Numbered from the stretch's first letter, positions 1 through 13,307 are shown. The stretch is 64,000 nt of DNA from Lama guanicoe (GCA_013239625.1 MU053881.1:15554373-15618372), one strand, 5' to 3'. The notes: a model not told the origin generated them from the sequence alone. Numbers and translations are program-made.

Positions 1-2924
1 TGACCACTCCTTTTCCAAAATCAGTTTCCCAAACTCCAACCATCTCTCAACCTTTGCGTGCCTGGGGTCTGATCAAACCACGCACTTGCTGAGGGGACAA
101 CTTTGCAGTGACTGGACACTTCCCTTTTGAAATCACCTCATCAAACGTCTGTTCCATGTGGGGGACCGTTGAAGTGGAGGAGCAGGATGTTGGCAAGTGG
201 AGGTGCCTAGGATCTGGGCATGGGGGCTTCCAGGGGTAGAGGAGATGACTCCTGGGGCAAGACTGCCTTCTTTGGAAGGAGAGAGCCCACCTAGATTAGG
301 CCCCTCCCCCAGTCCTAACTCCCAAAATCAATGCCAAGATGACAGGACAGCAGGAGACTATTGGGGAGGGTGCCCAAACGGTACCCCTTTCCCCTGGCAC
401 TGAGGGTGGCCTTGATCAACATTCTTTCAATTGTTAAGGGCAGCTCAGAGAAGCCTTGGGGACTGGGGGAGTGGGGAACCCTTACCTCCTCCTTTCCCAG
501 GCAGCCTCATTACCTCAGCCTCACCCTTTCCCCACCCTGTCCCCCTGTCACCCGGGTGACTGAATCTGGTTCTGTCCTCCCCAGCCTGGGGGCTCCTGGG
601 GGCAGCAGCTCTCCCCATCTCTCTCCCAGCTTCCCATCTGTTTTTTCTTCCTGGCTCTGAGCTTTGGAGCAGGTCAGGAACATCTGATTGCTCATCATGG
701 CCTAAGGGCAGCTGATCTGTTTTGTTTCTTCTGTGGTGTCCAGGAAATAGCTGGACCGAATGAATGAATGAGTGGACAGCTACTTGGGCAGGGGGTGGTC
801 CTGTGGGCCAGTGACAGTGGTGAGGCTGAGCAGAGCCAGGTGATGGCCAGAGGTCAGCAGATGGGACTCCTGTTTCCTCCTCTAGAAAGTCTGTTCTTTA
901 TCTCAGCCTGTTGGGGACATTGTGAGGAGGGCCTAGCGGCAGTGTCAGTGTGCAGGTCTGTGATGGTTGGGAAGTGGAGGCCTGGGGACCACCCATGCCC
1001 TGCTGTGTCCACAGGGACTCCAGAGTGGGGTTGTGGGGGCCCAAAAGGGATGCATTCTCAACCACACTCTATCCCTACTCCTTCCCCCCATCCAGTCTCC
1101 AGTCCCCTGCCCCAGGGCTCCTCTGACTCTTCTCAGCTCATTCCCACCTCTGGGCCTTTGCACTTGCTGTTCCCTTGCCTGGGTCACTGCGGACTTTCTA
1201 AAGCACAACAGTGAAGGAGCCACCCACATCATCTCCCTCGGGGTCTGGCACACATCCCTGCACTGCATTCAATGCCCTGGCCCCTGACAGCCTGAGCCAG
1301 CCCCGGGATGGGTCCCTGACCCACAAGAAGCATTCTCACCATACCTATGGGCTGACCTCAGTCTTCACAGACTGCTGCAGGGTTCCTGTAGCGTCTGACG
1401 CTTTCTGAATTCAAGTCCAACATGTAAACATCCAGAAATTCACAAAAGCATCAGCCACAGCCCCCAGAGGCCTTTCTAGCTTCTCCACCCTACCAGGCAC
1501 TGCAGACTCCGCACCTACCTTCTCCCTCTGGAAAGATCCCTCTTTCCCCTTTGGGCTCACTTGCCCTGAGGAATCAGGGACCTTCTTCAAGGAAACAAAC
1601 TTAGGATAGTCAGTCTGGTGACTGATCGCCTCCTGCCCAAGTTGATCCTGCTCTCTGCTGGAATCTCACCCCTCTCAGACAAGGCTGGCAGTGGCAGACA
1701 GGGATCAGGAGTGGATGAAGGTGGGGCTCTAGGTGGGGAATACCTGAATCTCCACTCCAGACAGAGCCTCATCGGCCCGCAGCTGGTTGGAAGGGACCTG
1801 AGGACGTGCAAATGAACGAAAGCTAGGATGCCCTCTGGACTCAAGCCCCAGAAAATGGCCTACAGACTGGGTGTGGGAGGGGCTGGCAGCTAAACACAAA
1901 GCCCCTCCCCCAGGGGCCCGAGGGCGGGGTCCCAAGTCCAGGGCAGTGGCGGTACATCTAGGTGCAGAAGACCTGGGAGAACATCACAGGAACTGAAGGA
2001 CCCAGAGGCAATGGCCTACATGGGGCAGAAGGGTGCACCCAACGGAAGGCAAAGGCACTGAGAAGGGTGTGTTGGAGGAAGAGAAGAGAGACCAGGGGGG
2101 CTGGAGGGAAGGAGGAAATGAGGCAGGGCGAGTCACAGAGGTGGACAGGGGCCCACCGGCAGGGCTGTGTGCCGGTGGACTCTGAGCAGAGTGGAAGCCG
2201 TGAAGGGTTAAGCCCACTAGCAGGCAGGAAGCGGACAGGAAGGCCCGGGGGGAGCTGGGCTTGTTCCTGGGCTCTCCAGGATTGAGAGGCCTAGAGAAGC
2301 TTCATTCATTCTATCAGCATTTATTGAGTACCTCCTGTATGCAGGGCTTGTACCCTGAGGCAGGGAGACTGTGGTGATGAAGACAGATAAAATCCCCCAA
2401 ACTCACCATTTCAGGCCAGCGGGCAAGATAAGACCTTGAACCAATGAATAGATACATCTAGCTCTTATAGATGGTTCACAGATGAAAGGAGGCCACTGCG
2501 AGTGGCAACCCCCCCGCCCCACCTCTGGTCCTCCCCACGAGCAGCCCACTGAGCCCTCAGTCCCTACTCTGGAGGAGGTGGGAAACTGGCGTTGACACAC
2601 TGGCAGGGAATTGGCTCTGTCATAAGCGTAAGCATGGAGCTCCCACAAGCAGCTGAGGTCTGGAAGCCCCTCCCTCATCCACCAGGGGACATGCCCTGGG
2701 GCTGTCTTGTTCATTCAGCCGGCAATGGCATTCCTGTTTCAGACCCTCCCCTCCTTTCCCCTCCCTCCCCAAGCTGAGGTTGGAAGGCTCCAGACTAACT
2801 CTTCCTCCCCAGAGACCCTCACACCTCTAAATTCGCTCCAGACTACCCTCTTCCCCCATCCCTATAGCCCCTGCCTTGGCACAAGCCCTGGGGCCAAAGG
2901 CTTGACAGCGCTCTGCTGCATGGT

Positions 2925-3346
2925 GGTATAGCTGGAACAGTATCCTCCTCAAATTCCAGTCCATCCAGGACTTCAGCATGTAACCTTATTTGATCACATT
3001 ATTGGTCTTTGCAGATGTAGTTAAATTAAGATGAGGTCATACTGGATTAGGGTGGGCCCTAATCCAACGACTGGTATTCTTATAAGCAGACTACTGTGAA
3101 GACACAAGTGGGCAGAAGGCCACGTGAAGACAGAGGCAGAGACTGGAGTCCCACAGCCACAAGCCAAGGAACATCTGGAGCTTCCAGAGAGGGGAAAAGA
3201 CCTCTCCTAGAGCCTCCAGAGGAAGTGTGGCCCCACCAACACCTCGATTTCAGACTGCTGGCCTCAGAAATGTCACAATAAATTTCTCCTGTTTTAAGCC
3301 ACTTAGGCTGTGGTCATTTGTTATGACAGCCCCCAGAAACTCAAAC
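2925..3346 (+). mobile_element. MaLR (MLT1-type) solo LTR
   Basis: Typical MLT1 text: gtaaccttattt...ggtctttgcagatgtagttaaattaagatgaggtcatactggattagggtgggccctaatcca...tttgttatgacagcc. Confidence 0.8.
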
Positions 3347-6300
3347 AGTGGTCATGGACAAAACACCAACCTTCTCTGAGCCTCAGTTTCCTCTGCAGGG
3401 CAATGAGGGCCCTCGGAAGGCAGTGGCAGGGGCCAGGGAGCTACTCCGCATTAAACGTGCCAGGCATACTGTGATCGCTCACTGGATGGTCTTAGTTGTT
3501 ACTGGCCTGATCATAACCTGGAACATTTCAAAAGCTCCTTCCTGGACTCTCAGGATCCAGTCCAGTCTCTGCCAGGCCCCCCAGAGGAATCTTCCCTTGC
3601 TGAAATATGATCACGTTGCTCTTAATTACAAGTGCCCAGTGGCTCCCCACGGCCCTCACAGCATCTGTATAATTAGATCCCGGGCATGGCTCCAGTTGGC
3701 CACTGGCAAACTCCTATACACCCTTCCAGACCCAGCTCAAAGAGCAAGAACCCCTACTCCAAGATGCCTTCTGAGATTTCCCCGGGCACAGTGAATCCCT
3801 CCTTTCCTCCCCATGGTCCCTTAGCATCAGGCAGGAACCTGGCCACAGTTCATCCTCCGTGCCCAGCTCAGTTCCAGAATTTGCCCGCTCTTCTCCATCT
3901 CTGAGGCTCTACCTTGGTCCCAGCCCAGCCAACTACTCAGTTGCCTCCTTGGCCTCCCCTCTGGCCTTTTGTCACTTCTGCTCCTACCCTGATGATCCCA
4001 GCTCTCCATGGCAGCAATAGGGGCTTTTGAAAATCACAAATCAGACTATGTCTTTGCACTGCTCATACACCCTCCATGGCTCCCCATTGTTCTGCAATCC
4101 ACTCCTTCACCTCAGCCTCTGCCTGCAGACCTCGCTGCCTTTACTTCTGCCTCTCTCCCCCTTGTTCATTCTTTTTTAGCCACACCAGCCTCCTCACACA
4201 TGCCAAGCTCATTTCTGCCTCAGGACATTTGCACATGCTGTTCCTTCTGCCTGGTATGCTGTTCTCCCAGCTCTTGCCTGGCCGGCTACTCCTTCTTCAG
4301 GTCTCAGCTCATGGTCAGCTCCCTAGAGAGGCCCCTCTGCCCAACTACAGAGCCTCCCCTACCCCCCCATCCCCCCCCATTCTCTAATACTTCACTGTTT
4401 TATTTTCCTCCCATCACATATCACAAGGGGGGATCAGGGGCTGCCTCAGTCCTCACTGTGTTCCCAGTGCCCAGCCCAGGACCTAGCACACAGTAACTGC
4501 TTAGTCTTTGTTGATTGACTAAATGACCCCACACATCTGGGACTGGCACCTCTGTCCTCTCCCTACCCGCATTGACAGCTCACTGCCAGCACCCAGAGGG
4601 TCAAAAGAAAAGAAGCAGCAAAATCTGTCCCTTGCCGAGGGATATCTTCAGGAAGTGAGACCATGGAATCTAGGTGGTGGATACTGCGGGTCTTAGGGCC
4701 CTTCCAATCTGGTTCAACTTCCCCCTTCTGGCTGTCTGACCCTGGATGGATCACTGAGTATCTCTCAGCAGTTTCCCCACCATCTGTGATCAGAGAAAGT
4801 GTATAGTGATTCTCTGGGGGGTTCTAGAAAGCATAGACAAGCATTATAACAATAATTATTATATTATTAGTATTATTTCAAAGGTTGGCACCTTTTTCTT
4901 AAGTCACCAGTTTTTCTATCCAACTCTTGGGCACCCCCATCCCCAAAGGTGACCTGACGCTGGGATTCACTCACCCTGGGGTGCAGGGATCTTCTCAATG
5001 AGCCACCACCAAAGGGCCTGTCCCCTTTGGTTCTGCTGGGTTACCACTTGGCTGACAGGGGCTGTGGCCACCTTTCTTTCCCCCTCAACCTGTAAGGACC
5101 AGAGATAAAGTATAGGGTTGGAGGCAGGGCCCCAGGAGGGTGAGGTGTGGACAGCTGCAGACTACAATGGTCTTTAGTGATCTGAGCTCTGACAAGCTGG
5201 GTTACCTTGTAAGTTTTAAGGAAACTTTGGATCAGTGGCATTGTCTGTCCAGTAAGGCCCTGTTTCCTCCCTCAGGCCCCTGGGTGAGCCCCCACTGATA
5301 GCTTCCCCCATATCAGGCCCCCTCCCTAGAGGTCTCCTTCCTTCCACTGGATAGTGAAGACTCTATCTGCCTTTCCCCATGCTATTCCCCATCTTCCTCC
5401 CCACCCTCTACCAGGTCCCCACCAATTCCTTTACCCCAGGGAGGTCTGGGTGGGCTGGGCTGGGCTGGTATGAGGATAAAGGAGTCGGGAGTCCCTGCCT
5501 TGACCAGCTCTGTTCTTGGCTGCCCCCAAATCCTCCCTCTGTCTGCAGCTGCCCTGAGGACTGTAGCTCCCTCATGGTATTCACTGTCTATACAGGGCTG
5601 TCTCTGTCCAGAATCCCCACATGAGCACAGAACCCAGGTCCTGCCCTGGAGGAGAGGGCAAAAGGGGACGCAGGGCAGCCCCATGGTGCAGAGGGGTGGG
5701 GGAGCATGGCCAGACCCCAGAATGGGATGAAAGGGAAAACACAGCAGGCCGTGAACATCACAGCTGTCCTTTCTTTCACCAGGGGTCTGGGGTGGAGGCC
5801 TATGGCCACCTGCCTAGCTCAGGGGCTGCCTGTTCCAGCCAGGGAGACTTTGGGAGCTGACTCTGGTCCTGGGAGGGCAAGAGGACTGTCGAAGGTCAAC
5901 CAGTGGGTGGGTGAATCAGAGTGGAGATTATTCTACTGGAGTTCAGCTTGCCCATCTGGAATCACTCCCCCCTTCCCCGGGGATTTCCTTCCAGGTCTTG
6001 GGCAGGCTTTGGGAGGGGGAATTATGGGCCACGAGAGATCTGGGAGCTGAGGAGCAAGCCAGGTGGGGGGCTTCTCCACTCAGTCCTGCCTGGGCCTCTA
6101 GCGGGGCAGAGAGACTTAGGGAGAGTGAGAGAAACCCTCCTCCAGTTCCAGGACCCCTGAAAGGGCCCTCACACCTGTGGTTAAACGCAGGGAACAGAGG
6201 GCCCTTGAGCTGACACCACCCGCTGGATTCTGGGGCCAGTGAGTGAGCCACCAACCCAGTTCGGTCCCTGCCCAGCTGCGTGACCTTGGCTAGGTGCTAA

Positions 6301-6846
6301 CCCTCTCTGGGCCTCTCTCCCTGTCATGGGGGTAGGGGTAAGAGAAGAAGCCTAGGGAACAGAGAAGAGCGTGAGCTCCAAAGAGCATGAGCTCAAACGC
6401 ACAGTAGGCTGGCAGGCGGAGGGTTCCCTTCCACTCAGCAGCAAGGCTAGCCGGGGGAATCCCTGCCACACACTGGGAGAGAAAGGCCTGGGCGGGGGAG
6501 GGGGAGATAAAGGGGAGGGGGCAGTGGGACCAGTCCGCTTCCCCCCTCTACACACTGAGGGCCGCGCGGGAGGGTCTCCACGTCTCCACCCTCACCTCGG
6601 TGGGAGGATATCTCTGCATCTCAAATTCTGGGAGCGGGAGCCCCCTTCTCCAGGGGTTGAGGGGGTGCCTGAAGCTGACTCGGGGTTTGGTGTTGAGGAG
6701 GGATGGAAGGGGTTTCCTTTCCTTCCGCAGCTCCCCCTTTGAATGCCCAGAGTCTGGCAAACCCTGACCGATACTCCCCCACCGAGGAGAAGGGGAACAC
6801 CGCTGAGACCTCCACCCGGTAACCCACCCCTCAACTGCCTACTCAC

Positions 6847-7060
6847 CAGCCAGAGTCGGCCGCAGCAGCTGGAGCCCAGCGCCTGGCCCGAGCGCGAAGA
6901 CAAGTGCACTGCCGGGCAAGGGCGTGTGAGCCGGGAGGGTGTGCGCGCGCCGCCGCAGAGCTGACCCCCTCCCCGTCGTTCTGGGCCCCGCCCCGCCGCC
7001 CGGGGAGGGGGCGCCGACTGCGCGGAGGGAGGCGGCAGGCGGCAGCCACAGCACGACCCC
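6847..7060 (-). other. Candidate non-coding first exon / CpG promoter of KCNN1 (by synteny only)
   Basis: CpG island with GC boxes ending in a consensus donor CTG|GTGAGT at 6847/6846. KCNN1 follows CCDC124 on the same strand in mammals, but no SK1 coding sequence lies in the window. Confidence 0.4.
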
Positions 7061-10000
7061 CTCCCCCGCCACGCTTCTCTAGAAGTGAGGGGGCGGGAAT
7101 CCCCGTCCTGGTCTCGCGCAAGCCCCCTCCCCGCAGGGGCGTGCCAGCAAATCTTTGAGGATGCTCAAAGAGCCGGGAGGACCCTTTGCCAGCGCTCATT
7201 TTACAGATGGGGAAACTGAGACCTGGAGAGGGGGAGCCCCTGGCCAGGCCCAGGGCCCCAGCAGCACAGAATACGGCTGCACCCCTCACTCTGGGGGCCG
7301 ATCTCCAGGATCTGGGGAAGCAGCAAAGCCAGGGAGCCAGAGGAAGGCAATTAAGCGCCCCTCAACACATACCCTGAGTAGGGCCTGAGGGATCCAGAGA
7401 GAACCCGGAGGTTTGGGGAAGCTGGTGACGTTGCCCCTGCTGGAAGGTCCCAGTAGGGAGGGGGACCTGCGGTGGCCAGAAAACAAACCACAGAAAACTT
7501 CTCTGCTATTGTTGGGCCGTGATATTTGCCCTCTTCCCGCACGACTGGGGGACCCCGCTGAATGTGAGTGGCAGAGGCCTGGATGGCAGGGTTTGTGAAG
7601 GTCACTCTGCCAAATTAGAACAATGCGGCTCCCGAGGTCTGGGTCACGAGGGGATAGGGGGATTGAGCCTAGGGCTCAGCCCCTCCGCTAACCTTGGCTT
7701 TGCCCAGGCACCTCTCCGAGCTTGTTTCTGGACTGGACAGCGCCCACCTCTCGGGTCCCTCCAGCTCTCGGGAGTCTGTAGGGTTGCAGGCTACGTTCTG
7801 CTGTCTCCTCCTCACTTCCAGGAAGCGTGGCGCCCTCCCAGACCTCTGTCTTCGCCCTCTTCGCCCCCTGTCCCCGCTGCCCTGCCCGCCCCGTCTCTGA
7901 ACCCCCACCCACCTTCTGCCTCCGCCTGAAGTGAAGGGGGTTTCCTCTTGGGAGCTAGAAGGCTACGAGCCTCCATCCTTTTTTTTGTTGTTTTTTTCCC
8001 CTTTTCTTCCATTCATTCTAAAAATAGCCCTCCCCCTCCAACCTGCTCCCCCCTCAACCGGGCCGGGAGCATCTCGTGAAAGGTAATGCGCTCCCGGGCG
8101 GGGGCCCGAGGCGGGGATTCCGGGGTGCGGGCGGGGCTGGGGGATGCAGACCGCGGGGATGGTTGAGGGGGCGGCTGGGACCGCTTTCCCCCACTTCCAT
8201 TATGTGTGTAAGCCGTGCTCAGAGGGAGCCGCCAGCGTGACCGTGACCATGTGTGGAGGGAAAGCGAACAAAGCGGCGGGGGGCCTCCGGGGTCTGCATT
8301 GTGGAGGCACAGAGGGGGAGGGATGCGGGAACCGCGAGGACTAGACAGAGGAGGGGCCTCTCCCAGCACCTCCGTTGGGGGGACTCCACCCCCTAAGCCA
8401 CCGTGAGGGGAGGCTGAAGGCCGAGCGAGGGCGAGTCGAGAGCCAGGGATGACAGGGCACGGATCATTGGGGGATGTCTCCCGCCTTGAATTCCCACAGT
8501 TGCCCTGTGTTGCCCCCAGAATGCCCCCTCCCAGTCCTGCAGTTCACCGTATCCCCAGCATCTCCCCACAGTCCCTTCTCTGTGATGCAGCCACAGAACT
8601 CTGTCCTCACCCATGTGACTAGTCATGTCCTTGCCCCACATTACTGGCACCTTCCTCCTTGAATCAGGAGGACGACCGACTCATGCCGCCCCCTCCCCCA
8701 ACAAAGGCCCACATGGTCTGGCCCCTACGTCCCTTTGTCACAGCCTTTCAGCTGTCTCCCTGTTCAGCCTCACGGCCTTTGCAGCTGCTGTTCCTTCTGC
8801 AAGGATCACCCTTCCCGGTCTCTCTTGATCTCCTGCTGTTTTTCAGAGCCCAGTCCAATGTCACCTCCTGCCTAGAGTCCTTCCTTCTCTGGGCACATCA
8901 CCCTAGTTTACTGTCCTCAATCCCTGGTGAAAGTGGTCTGTTCACTTATGCACCTTCTGCTTCCCCCAGGGAAATGAGGGGCCTGGTACAGCTTGGGCCT
9001 AGAGAGGAGGGGGGCCAACTCTGACCCAGCACCACCCCATGAGCTTCCCATCTCCAGATAAAGGGATGGTGTCACACTCTGCCCAGTGAGCTGCGCCAGA
9101 AGCCACCACTAGGACATGGCATAAAAGATCCAGGATCTGATTCTGCAGGGGCATTGCCTAGGACAGTGATCTAAATACACAGCCAGGGGCCCAGATGTTC
9201 CCCACCTGAGGACACATATTGATGAGAAAAATGATCCTTGGGGCTGAGTTTCCAGTCTGTTGAGCAGAAGCCAGGCTGGAGGTCCAACGGTTTGAGTGTT
9301 CCAACAGCAAATAAATATGAAGAGCAAACATGAGAAGTGAGGAGAAGGGAAAAACTGGGGGGCAGCCTAGGGCCAGGGGCCCTTAAGGGCTGACCTTTCA
9401 GATTATTAGCTTTCTCTAAATGTTTTATTACCTTATATTTTTTGAAACCAAAGTGGAGGAAAAAAGGAAAACTGCTTAGTTGGAGAGTACAAAGTCTCAG
9501 AAAGGGTGTGTGTCCCTAAGGGATAGAAAATGCAGCTGTGCTGAAAAAGCAAATGCCCCCCTTAATGCTTGCCTCCATAAAATTACCCTTCAATGTTTTT
9601 GAGCATCTACTATATGCTGATGTACCCAGAGATTAAGGGGGAATCCAGTGTAGGAGTTCCCTGGGTCGCAAGCTGAGAGCAGGGAGCCCTGGAGGTTCTG
9701 GGAGGAAGTGAGGGCGACTGCGATGAACAGGGACATGATGGGCAGGGCCAGGTCCATGGCAGAGGGTTTGGAGAAGATGTAGGGGTTGAAAGGTGGGGGG
9801 GGGGAGGTGCCCTGAAGGTGGGAGTGGGTATGAGCTTTTGCCCATTTCACTGCCTGGCCAGGACTCCACTTCACGGTGGCACTCAAGGCCAGGAGGACGG
9901 AAGATGGTATGGGAGGGCACCCCCAGGGGGATGGCATGTGCAGGACTGTGGGGGAACCAGGGAGGTGAGAGACAAAGGCATCATTTGAGAGGTCCCAGGG

Positions 10001-10489
10001 GCTTTCAGAAAGGCTCAAGGGACAGGCTGAGGGGGGCAAGGAAAGGGAGATGCCCAAGATTAGGGCTGCCAGCAAAACACAGGGCACGGAATGTGACATA
10101 CTTACAATAAAAATTATTCGTTAACTGGGTGTCCTTTTGTTTTTTTTATTCCTCTCCTAAATCTGAAAACCCTAGACCTGGATTTCCCGGCCCTGCGGTT
10201 TCCTGGTTGAGGGGTGTCCTAAAGGTATCCGTCCTCTCCCTCAGGCATCCCTACAACCCATCGAGTCCCCTTCATAACCTTCTTTGTCCCCTTCATATTG
10301 TCCATGTCCTTTAACTGCTCCCCAAGTTCCTCCTCCTTTCCTTCCTGTTGTCCCCCTCCCTCTATGCTTTTCCTCATTACCCCCTCCTCCTCTTGTATTC
10401 CTCTCCCCATCCTCCCCACCCTTCGCGTTTCCCGCTACCTTCTCCTGCATCCACCTCTCTTCACCACCATCCTCGTTTGACCCATAGCC

Positions 10490-11160
10490 CCTCTCTCCGC
10501 GTTCACTCCCCCTTTCCCCGGCGCCCACCCTCTCCAGTCCTTCCTACGCCGTCCCCCCATGGATCCCCCGGGCGCACGAGGGGGAACCCCGGCCGCAGGC
10601 GCGGAGCCCCACGCAGGCGCAGAGACGCCCGGCTTTTCCGAGACTGCCACCGCCCCCGCACTGCGGCGCCCGGTTGCCACGGTGACGGCTAGGACCGGAG
10701 CGGGAACCTCGGGAAGACCCTGCACTCGCTCCCTCCCCCGCCGCCTCCTCAGTGAACCCCACTCCAGTTTGAGCCGGTTTCCCCTCCCCGCCCCCAGTGC
10801 GCACTGCGGCAGGTGAGGATTCCCTGGCCCACCGGGCGGGGGGCCCGGCCGGGTCGACGCATGCGCGCCGGTCGCGGCTTTTCCCTCCCCGATTCGCGCG
10901 CGACGGGAAAGCCCTGGCGCGGCGAGACAATCCCAGCGCAGGCGCAGTGAGCGCCCGGCGTCCCCGCGGCCCCGCCTGGTCGTCCTGGCAACGGGCAGGG
11001 ACGGCTAGGAGCGCACGGAACTCCCGTCTCACGCCCCCTCCCGCGCACTGCGGCGAGGCCGGGGATTCCCTACTGCCTGAGCGCACGCGCGGTCCTGGGA
11101 TTCCGCGAGGGCGGGGCCAAGAGAGGAGAGGCTTTTCTTTGGTACGAAACGATCGAAAAA
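10490..11160. promoter_or_regulatory. CpG island with no assigned gene
   Basis: Very high CpG density, with NRF1-like CGCATGCGC near 10858, EGR-type CGCCCCCGC 10651-10659, X-box-like GTTGCCACGGTGAC 10673-10686 and kB site GGGGATTCCC 11061-11070. Confidence 0.65.
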
Positions 11161-13307
11161 TCGTTGTTACCGTCATCTTTCTGTCTGAGAAATGAAGGCG
11201 GTCCTCTCAGCCTTTGTCCTGAGTTTTACCTTCACTCTCTGGTCTACCAACCATCCCCATACAAGTCCCCAGCAGAGCTTGCAACGCGCTCCTCTGATAC
11301 TCTTCCTATCCACTGCTCACACACCCGCTGTGGCTCCCCATCGCCCTGGGGTCAAGCCCCATTCCTCAGCTTCGCGTCTGAGCCTCTGCACTCGCAGCCG
11401 GCTTCTTCCTTCGGGTTAATCACGATTGGTCCCCGACCTTCCCTAATCCCCGGCCACAGATACCCCAACGTGGCCATGCAGGAGGCTCCTTTGCCAAGCC
11501 CTTCTTTAGGATATGCTCTTCCTAGGGACCATGCCGTTGATTCTCAAGACAGCCTAGAGTTAGATACTGTTTTTAGTCCTATTTTATTTAGGAAAAAAAC
11601 AGGCTCAAAACTATTAAGGCGCTGGCCTAAGGCTCCCAGAAGAGGCAGAGGCCTCTATTTGTCAGGAGCCATCTGGGCTCCTCCACCTGTTATTTGGCCG
11701 ACACCTCCACCCCTAATTCTGGGCCCCACCAACACCCCTGCTGGCTCACCAATAGCTCTGGGTGCTTCCTGGCTATGTGACACAGGCAGGTGACTTAGTT
11801 TTCCATCTAGAAAGAGGATCAGTATACCACAGGGCTGTCCCCAGGGCTCGGTTAAATGATACTAGCATGTAATATGCCAGGGATTAGCATCCAGTGGATG
11901 CTTCTCACAGCAGTCCAGTCACCTGAATCCCTGGTGAGGACTCTGCTCATTGGCACCCCATACAAAGCTCCTTCCCCTCTGTCTCACTTCCCTAACTTCC
12001 AAGGGGTCTTCCTAGTCCTTGTCTGTGAATCCCCAAGCTAAGCCAGTGCTCAATATACATTGGTTAATTCCTATGCCAGCTACCAGCTTCAGGCTCCCAC
12101 TATGCTGCACTTCAGTTGTACCCAATTATTAATGGCATCCTCCTCCCTTGAACAGGCCTTTGCATGTGTGGTTCCTTCAGCCTTCTGTCCTTTGGCTGTG
12201 TAGAGAACTCCTATACATCCTTCAAGGCCCTCCCTCCATGAAGCCTCTTACCTCCCTACCTCTGGACAGAGCCTGGCCCATTTTGGCCCAGCCCTGACCC
12301 CACACAGTTGGAGACATCTGTAAGGATCTGCATCTGAGACTTGACACCTGGGAGAATAGCATACTTGGCAGGAAGAACCAACAGGGCATAGGCTCTGAGG
12401 AGGAACAAGCTTGCTGCATTGGAGAAGTTGAGAACAAGGAGACAGGTGGGGCTGGAGCTGAGGGGGCATGGAGAGTGGGCAGAATCGGCACCAGAGGTGC
12501 AGGGGCAGCATTATGAGTGCAGGGAGGGTGTCATTTGGGTGGGAGCCATAGCAGTGAACAGGTAAATTCTTGGACCCCGCACCTGACACGTGGGTCCACC
12601 TCCCAGCTACCCTTCCTCTCTGCAGACTCCCTAAAGCCAACTAAGTTCAAGGAAGCCAGAACCAAGTCCAGATCTCACCCAGCAATTCCCAGACATGTGG
12701 CCTTCAATGGGACACTCATTCCTGCCTGAATCCACCTGCCCATCCTAGCATCCAGGCCCTTGCCTGCCTAGTGCCCTGCCTCTGCGATGGAACCTGACTC
12801 ATCTCCCACTAAGGCCTGCCTGCTCTAAAGAAATCCTCCCCCGGGAAGCCTGCCCAGGACTCGACCCAGATACCTCCCATGTTGGAATAACAGCAGAGCA
12901 GCCAGCACTTCCTGACACCAAGCACAGTATGTGACCTGGCTGCTGACTCTGAACCAGAATCTCAGGATGCCAGCAACTCGCTTCCAGCTCTGGTTCTACT
13001 TCTGAAGTGCTGTGTGACCCACAGCCAGTGCCTCGACCTCTCTGAGCCACCCCCTTGCAGCAGCCCAGCAAGATTTCCAGAGGATAATAGTACAGGTCTC
13101 CTGCTGGACAGCTGGCCCAGCCAGGAGTGGGCACTGTAGGAGCCAGCGCAGTTCTTGGCTAGCTTGCTAGGACAAGGGCACTGTTGGGGCCCCTTGCCTT
13201 CTCTGGCTGTGGCCTATGCATTCCTCCTCATTCCAGCCCTCCTCTCTCCACCACCCATCCACCCTCCCACATAGACATCAAGTGCACACTCTACCTCACC
13301 GACTGCC

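Noticed and set aside
8013..8369. Minus ORF containing AYTHNGSGGK, superficially like the KCNN1 N-terminus (SHSYNGSVGR)
   Set aside because: The similarity does not extend, there is no ATG start, and no SK channel sequence follows
10544..11793. Long ORFs (210 aa minus, 209 aa plus) over the CpG island
   Set aside because: They have non-ATG starts and Arg/Pro/Ser/Gly-rich composition typical of chance ORFs in GC-rich DNA
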